Part shown: positions 59,322-64,000 of the stretch, piece after piece
Numbering within the stretch: position 1 is the stretch's first letter
Layout: every line of letters begins with the position of its first letter
Assembly: GCA_963666985.2 (NCBI GenBank)
Contig: CAXXIA010000003.1
Span: 135,792 to 199,791, forward strand
Source: Spirochaetia bacterium
GTDB lineage: Bacteria > Spirochaetota > Spirochaetia > DSM-2461
Length of the DNA: 64,000 nt
Direction of reading: 5' to 3'
The notes under the pieces: generated by a model
Databases searched by the model: none
What the model saw: only the letters and a program-made list of their open reading frames with translations
Told to the model about the DNA's origin: nothing
Program-made: the position numbers and the translations under genes

Positions 59322-60877
59322 ATACCCCCGGCATAGCGATCTTTCCATCCGTCCTCGCCTGCGAGGGACGCGTTCAATTCCGTTCCGGCCTTTCCGCTCT
59401 GTATCTGGGTCTGCCTTTGGTGTGGATTCTGGCCGCCCGGTTATCGCCGCCCGAGGCGCGGAGTCTTATCGTTCTGATCGGACTCTTTACGGATCCTGTG
59501 ATGATGGGCGGAGTTTTTTCAGGGGGATTCCTGGCGCGGGAGAGGGATCAGGGACTCTTCGGAGCCTGGGCCGTTACGCCGATGGGTCCCGGAACCTGGC
59601 TTGCCGGCCGTATAACGATGATTGCCCTGCAGGGAACTCTGGGCGGGGTTATTCTGGTTCTCGGGTCGGGAGTGGGGGCCAATTGGGCCATTCTTCCATG
59701 GGCCGTGTTCTTCGCTTCGGCATCGGGCGCCATGGTGGGACTGATCACCGCCCGGCCTTTCCGCGACATCTTGAGCTATTTTGTCGTCGGGGGAATCGCC
59801 TCGAGTCTGGTCAGCCTTCCCGTGGCGGGGGCTTACCTCGCGCCGAGTCCTCTCTGGCTCGCGGCGGGTCCGGTTTGGCCGGGTTGGGCGGCGGCGGCCG
59901 CTGCTCTGGAAGTCGGTTCGGGAAGCAAAGCCGCGGCGGTAAGTCCGCCGGGTGCCGCCCTCGCGGCCGCCGCGGTGTGGTGCGTCCTTCTTTTCGTTTT
60001 GACGCGCCTTGTTTACCGGCGGGCCTTTTTTAAACGCCGGGGAGCAGGTTCCTTACCCGGAACATCCGGCTCGATACTTCAGTCTTCTCAAAGAAGTTCC
60101 CTCCGGACACGTCAATCCGTACACGGCCGAAGAATAAAGAAGGCGAAGCGGGCCGTAAAAAATCCCGTTCTCTCCCTGGCAAAAACCTTCTACCGCAGTG
60201 CTCTGCGCCAGCCGATTTATATCCTGCTTTTGGTTATTCCGCCGCTGATGGGTCTGCTGATTCGGCCGCTTCCCCTTCTGTTCACCCGTTTTTTGCCGGC
60301 TTTCGACTATGCCGCCTGGAAACCGCTGTTCCTGGCCGTCATCGCGGGATTCCCGCCGTACATGTTCGGTATTTTGGGCGCTCTTCAGCTTCTGGACGAA
60401 CGGGATCTCGGTCTGCTGCCGGTTTTCCGTGTCACGCCGATGACGAAGATCGCGATTCTGGCGGCGAAAGCCCTTCCCGCCGCACTCATGGCGGCGCTGG
60501 GAGTCGCCGCGGCCTTGCCGCTTTCGGGCTGGACGGACTCAATCTCGCCTTTGGCTCTTATCGCCGCCTGCTTGTTCGCGGCGCCTTCGGCGATGTTCTA
60601 CACCCTGATTGTTGCCGGTCTTTCCCAAAATAAAGTTCAAGGTCTTACGGCAAGCAAAATTCTCGGAACGGTCCTCGCGGCTCCGGTGCTTTGGGTTCTT
60701 CTCCCCGCCCCGTGGCGATGGGCGGCATTGATTTTTCCTTCATCCTGGCCGGGCGCGGTTATGACGGCTCCGGGTGCGGGCACGGGTGCGGTTTGGGCGC
60801 TCGCGGGATTGATCTATGTTTCATCCCTGACGGTAATGGGCCGGCTTCCGGCACTGCGGAACTACTTCACGGCCTGA
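59318..60877 (+). CDS. ABC-2-type exporter permease, two permease units in one ORF
   Basis: Two repeats of ER/DE.D.G...VTP motif plus TM bundles, joined by a basic Ser-rich linker. Confidence 0.78.
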   Translation: MNTPGIAIFPSVLACEGRVQFRSGLSALYLGLPLVWILAARLSPPEARSLIVLIGLFTDPVMMGGVFSGGFLARERDQGLFGAWAVTPMGPGTWLAGRITMIALQGTLGGVILVLGSGVGANWAILPWAVFFASASGAMVGLITARPFRDILSYFVVGGIASSLVSLPVAGAYLAPSPLWLAAGPVWPGWAAAAAALEVGSGSKAAAVSPPGAALAAAAVWCVLLFVLTRLVYRRAFFKRRGAGSLPGTSGSILQSSQRSSLRTRQSVHGRRIKKAKRAVKNPVLSLAKTFYRSALRQPIYILLLVIPPLMGLLIRPLPLLFTRFLPAFDYAAWKPLFLAVIAGFPPYMFGILGALQLLDERDLGLLPVFRVTPMTKIAILAAKALPAALMAALGVAAALPLSGWTDSISPLALIAACLFAAPSAMFYTLIVAGLSQNKVQGLTASKILGTVLAAPVLWVLLPAPWRWAALIFPSSWPGAVMTAPGAGTGAVWALAGLIYVSSLTVMGRLPALRNYFTA

Positions 60878-60959
60878 AAACCTTCGGGACGAAATCATAA
60901 GAAGAACAAACGGCGGGGGCCGCTGAAAAAAACGTGTCCCCCACCGCTTCTCTCGCCGA

Positions 60960-61748
60960 TTACCGCCTTTCTGCGGTCCGCCGAGGCGGCAGAAGATCGC
61001 TTTTGATGTTCGAAAGCGATTTCCAAAGGTTCAGACTTCGTTCGGGACTGCCGCCCGTCAGCTGCTTCAGAACGGCCCCGGCGGCATCCCTGCGGGAATC
61101 CCCGGCCCGGGGACAGCGGCAGACATCGAAGGGCCATCGTTCTTGGACGGCAAGCCGAATGAGATCCGCCTCCTGCAGAAGTATAAGGGGTCTGATAATC
61201 GACGGAGAGCCCTCTCCGGCGGGTACGGCCGGCGGCATGGCGGCCAATTGGGCATTCCAGGTCATATTCATCAAAAGAGTGGCGAGAGAATCGTCCATGT
61301 GATGCCCCAAGGCCACCTTATTAAACCCCTCGGCCGCGGCGTATTCGAAAAGAATCCGGCGTCTCTCACGGGCGCATCGCCAGCAATTCGACGCCGTTTC
61401 CTCTTCTTTCCCGTTTCTTGTGTATACACCGGCCGCGCCGCCGGTGGAGTTCACCGCCGAAGACTCGGCCGGATGGGAAACCACGGTCAGATTTACCTCC
61501 CACTCCTTAAGAAGCCGTTTTAAACTGTCAATCAAACCAGGAGCACCGAATCCCGTATCAACGTGCAAAGCTTCTATTTCAAAAGGCACGGGGAAACCGC
61601 TTCTTTTACGCGCAAGATTCCAAACCAAAGCCAGAGAATCCTTTCCCCCCGAAACGGCGATAAGAACACGATCCCCCGGAGCAATCAGTTCGTATTCCAG
61701 GACGGCCCTTGTAATCCGTTTGTCGACTTTTCTCTGTGCCGGCGTCAT
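60960..61748 (-). CDS. ttcA: tRNA 2-thiocytidine biosynthesis protein (TtcA family)
   Basis: PP-loop SGGKDS, CWRC, ALGHHMDD, IIRPL, CRCP; GGAGG Shine-Dalgarno before MTPAQ. Confidence 0.82.
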   Translation of the reverse strand: MTPAQRKVDKRITRAVLEYELIAPGDRVLIAVSGGKDSLALVWNLARKRSGFPVPFEIEALHVDTGFGAPGLIDSLKRLLKEWEVNLTVVSHPAESSAVNSTGGAAGVYTRNGKEEETASNCWRCARERRRILFEYAAAEGFNKVALGHHMDDSLATLLMNMTWNAQLAAMPPAVPAGEGSPSIIRPLILLQEADLIRLAVQERWPFDVCRCPRAGDSRRDAAGAVLKQLTGGSPERSLNLWKSLSNIKSDLLPPRRTAERR

Positions 61749-61810
61749 TTCGCAATTCCTCCGTGTAGTTGACATTAAAGCGCGTTTTTTCGTATTGTAC
61801 CGAAACGAAC

Positions 61811-61883
61811 GCCGCTGTAGCTCAGTTGGTAGAGCAGTGGACTGAAAATCCATGTGTCATGAGTTCAAATCTCATCGGTGGCA
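61811..61883 (+). tRNA. trnF: tRNA-Phe (GAA), CCA not encoded
   Basis: Acceptor GCCGCTG/CGGTGGC, D-arm GCTCAGTTGGTAGAGC, anticodon arm GTGGA-CTGAAAA-TCCAT, T-arm ATGAG-TTCAAAT-CTCAT; upstream TTGACA-18-TATTGT. Confidence 0.97.
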
Positions 61884-61918
61884 AAAAAAAAGCCGTCCTT
61901 AGCGGGCGGCTTTTTTTT
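61884..61918. terminator. Bidirectional intrinsic terminator
   Basis: A-run, GCCGTCC-TTAGC-GGGCGGC stem-loop, T8. Confidence 0.88.
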
Positions 61919-61952
61919 ATGTAAAAAATATAACAAAGATGCCGCAGAATCA

Positions 61953-62907
61953 TCAGCGCGGCTCGGACGGAACCAATTCCGTCCCGTCGAAAGGACACGC
62001 TTCGAGTTCGCTGTTATAAAAAACGGCTCCGCATTCCGGGCAGCGGGAATAGGTTCCGTCATGAAGAAATTCCAAACCGAGAATACCGTCGCTCTTCAGC
62101 CAAAGAAGAGCATAGGTTCCGAACTCTTCATCGATTCCGCCGAGAAAGTCGTCCGTTTTCAAAAAAACACGCTGTTCGGAATCGTCGGTTAAAACAAGAT
62201 GAACGGGAACGAAGGAGGGAATCCCCGGCGGGAAATCTCCGATCCACCCGGAGAGGCGGTTCTCTGAGATACGGACTCTCACGTCCATGGTTTCATCTCC
62301 GAGGGTCAGACTGCCTTTCGCGGTCGCCTTTTCGCCTTTCTCCTCGCGGGGTCCCAGATAACGGATTTCCCGAATCCGCCTGAATGGGAGCGGATAGGTA
62401 ACGGCTCCTTTTTCGCCCATACGGCGAATCCAGAAGAAATACTTCATGTCCTCGTCCGGGCCTAATCCCCGCCCGTTCCCAAAGTTTCCTTCGGCGTCCG
62501 GCCAGGGAAGAGAGTCGCCCTCGAAGGAGGCGACGTCGAAAAGAGTCAGGTCCTTCATCGTTTTCGAAATGAACCTTAACGGCGAAAAAATCATTGAAGG
62601 TTAAGCCGTCGGCGAATCGCAGGGTTTGGGCGCCGGCGGAGCGGGCGGGCATGCAGAGGGCGGCGAGAAGGAAGACGGCGGGGATAAAAGCGGCCGCAAG
62701 GGAGGAAAGCGGACCGCGGCGAACGATGCGATCGGATGGAAGGATGGCGGCACTACTCGGGCAAGACAGCCGACGGCGAAAAAAGCCTGCGGAGGGACGA
62801 AAAGCTGCGGCCATATGGCAAAACAGCCCGCGGCGAGAAAAGCGATCGGCGGGGATAGGCCTTTTCCCGACCGCGTACGGCGGAACTCGGCGGGCTTCGG
62901 GGGTCAT
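61953..62907 (-). CDS. Hypothetical exported protein with C-terminal Zn-ribbon, probably frameshifted near 62552
   Basis: The 61953-62594 frame ends CPECG..CPFD. An upstream frame starting at ATG 62907 (TGATG-coupled to the RNase gene) carries a signal-like segment ending SAGA-QTLRF. Confidence 0.5.
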
Positions 62908-64000
62908 CAAAGCACCTCCTTGATTACAAAAAGAGCCGATGATTCGGGGATGTCCACGCTTTTGAGGGCCAGAATCGCACGGCCGCCCAAAGGAACATCC
63001 TTTTTCATGGCCACGCGTGTTTCCAAAGCAATCTCGGGGATAAGAAAGATTCCCTGACGTTCCCTGCGGTCCAGAAGTACGGCTTCGCCGGTCCACCCCT
63101 GACGTTGTTCGAGCCATTTGAGCTTCCAGAAAAGATTGGAGCGCCGTTCGGACTGAATCAGGCTGCCCGAGCGCGTTTCAAAAGCGGCAAGCCCCATGAG
63201 GACATTCTCCGCGTCAAGAGGCTCTTGCCTGAGAATCGTTCTTCTGATTTGCTGCGAGGCGATAAGGTCGGGGTAGCGGCGCAGGGGGCTGGTAACGCGG
63301 GAATAGGCGTCCAGGCCGAGTCCTGAGTGCCAGGAGCATTCCAGGGTGGTGCGGCTGCGCTTCATTCCCCGGCGGCGGCTGAACTGCTCCGCGTAATCGG
63401 CTTCTTCGGCGCTGCTGCCGGAGGAGGAAGTCTTTTGTTGGGTGATCCCCGAGGCGGTGCCTGTGCGGGAGGCCGACGTGTTCTCAATTTCGGCTTCTCC
63501 GGTTTCGGTTTCGGGGGAGTCCGGTGCGCTCTCGCTTCCGGCTTCATCAGCGTCCGGTTTGCCGCGGCCGGTTCCGGCTTCATCAGCGTCCACTCCGCCT
63601 TCGTCTCCGCCCCCTTCACTATCCGCTGCAGCGCCCGTTTGCGCTCCCTTCGGCAGCGGCCGCGCTTGCAATATCGTCGGCATTATCGGTATCGCCATCA
63701 TCTTCGGCGAAAAGAGCCCCATCTCCGGAGGTTTCCTGAACGGCGAAGGGAATCGGGATTCCCTTTTCCAGACACCACCGCGCGGCGTAGGAGCCCGCCA
63801 TGAGCATGGCCTCGGTTACCATTTCGCGGCCGGCCAGTTCGGGAAGCGGCGTAATGATGATTTCTCCATCGTCGGTCACCCGAATTTTCACCTCGGGCAT
63901 CGAAATGGAAACGGCTCCGTTCTCCAAACGCCGCTTGCGGAAAGCGTCGGTGATGCGTTTCATGGTCGCGAACGGCTCTTCTTCCATCCGTTCATCGGCC
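62907..64000 (-). CDS. RNB-domain exoribonuclease (RNase II/R family), partial at the right edge, frameshifted at about 63635
   Basis: REMVTEAMLMAG in one frame; HSGLGLDAYSRVTSPLRRYPDL in another, joined by an acidic low-complexity loop. Confidence 0.85.

Overview
This 64 kb window is gene-dense bacterial chromosome, most likely from a free-living or gut-type spirochaete (Spirochaetia). That assignment is inferred from protein styles such as the F/W-A-x-G signal peptides on substrate-binding proteins; it was not confirmed by a search. Carbohydrate catabolism dominates. (1) A GntR-linked SiaP-like TRAP transporter sits with NanA, an SDR and a second DapA-family aldolase (1-5.4 kb). (2) A LacI-regulated alpha-glucoside locus holds GH4, GH65 and an AglEFG-like ABC system (17-26 kb). 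(3) A beta-mannoside locus (GH130 phosphorylase, cellobiose/mannobiose 2-epimerase, GH2 beta-mannosidase) has an AraC/ABC/oxidoreductase cassette inside it, followed by a ROK regulator, another ABC importer and a PIG-L deacetylase + SIS deaminase + DUF4954 block (35-57.6 kb). Other content includes a full-length Lhr helicase, an orphan sigma54 response regulator, ltaE, two HAD nucleotidases, PIMT, an envelope cluster (LPP20-like, thioredoxin, DUF4384, vWA, papain-like C1 protease), a TetR-regulated Rv2686c-2688c-like exporter, ttcA, tRNA-Phe(GAA) and a partial RNase II. No CRISPR array, rRNA, transposase or phage gene is visible. The best leads are a possible non-canonical nonulosonic-acid catabolic pathway, a ~390 bp modular hairpin element with covarying stems, a NagA/NagB-independent amino-sugar module with DUF4954, the DUF4384/LPP20/C1-protease cluster and frequent leaderless-type promoters. 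Three genes appear frameshifted at short homopolymers, possibly through assembly error. All family calls come from motif recognition by eye.
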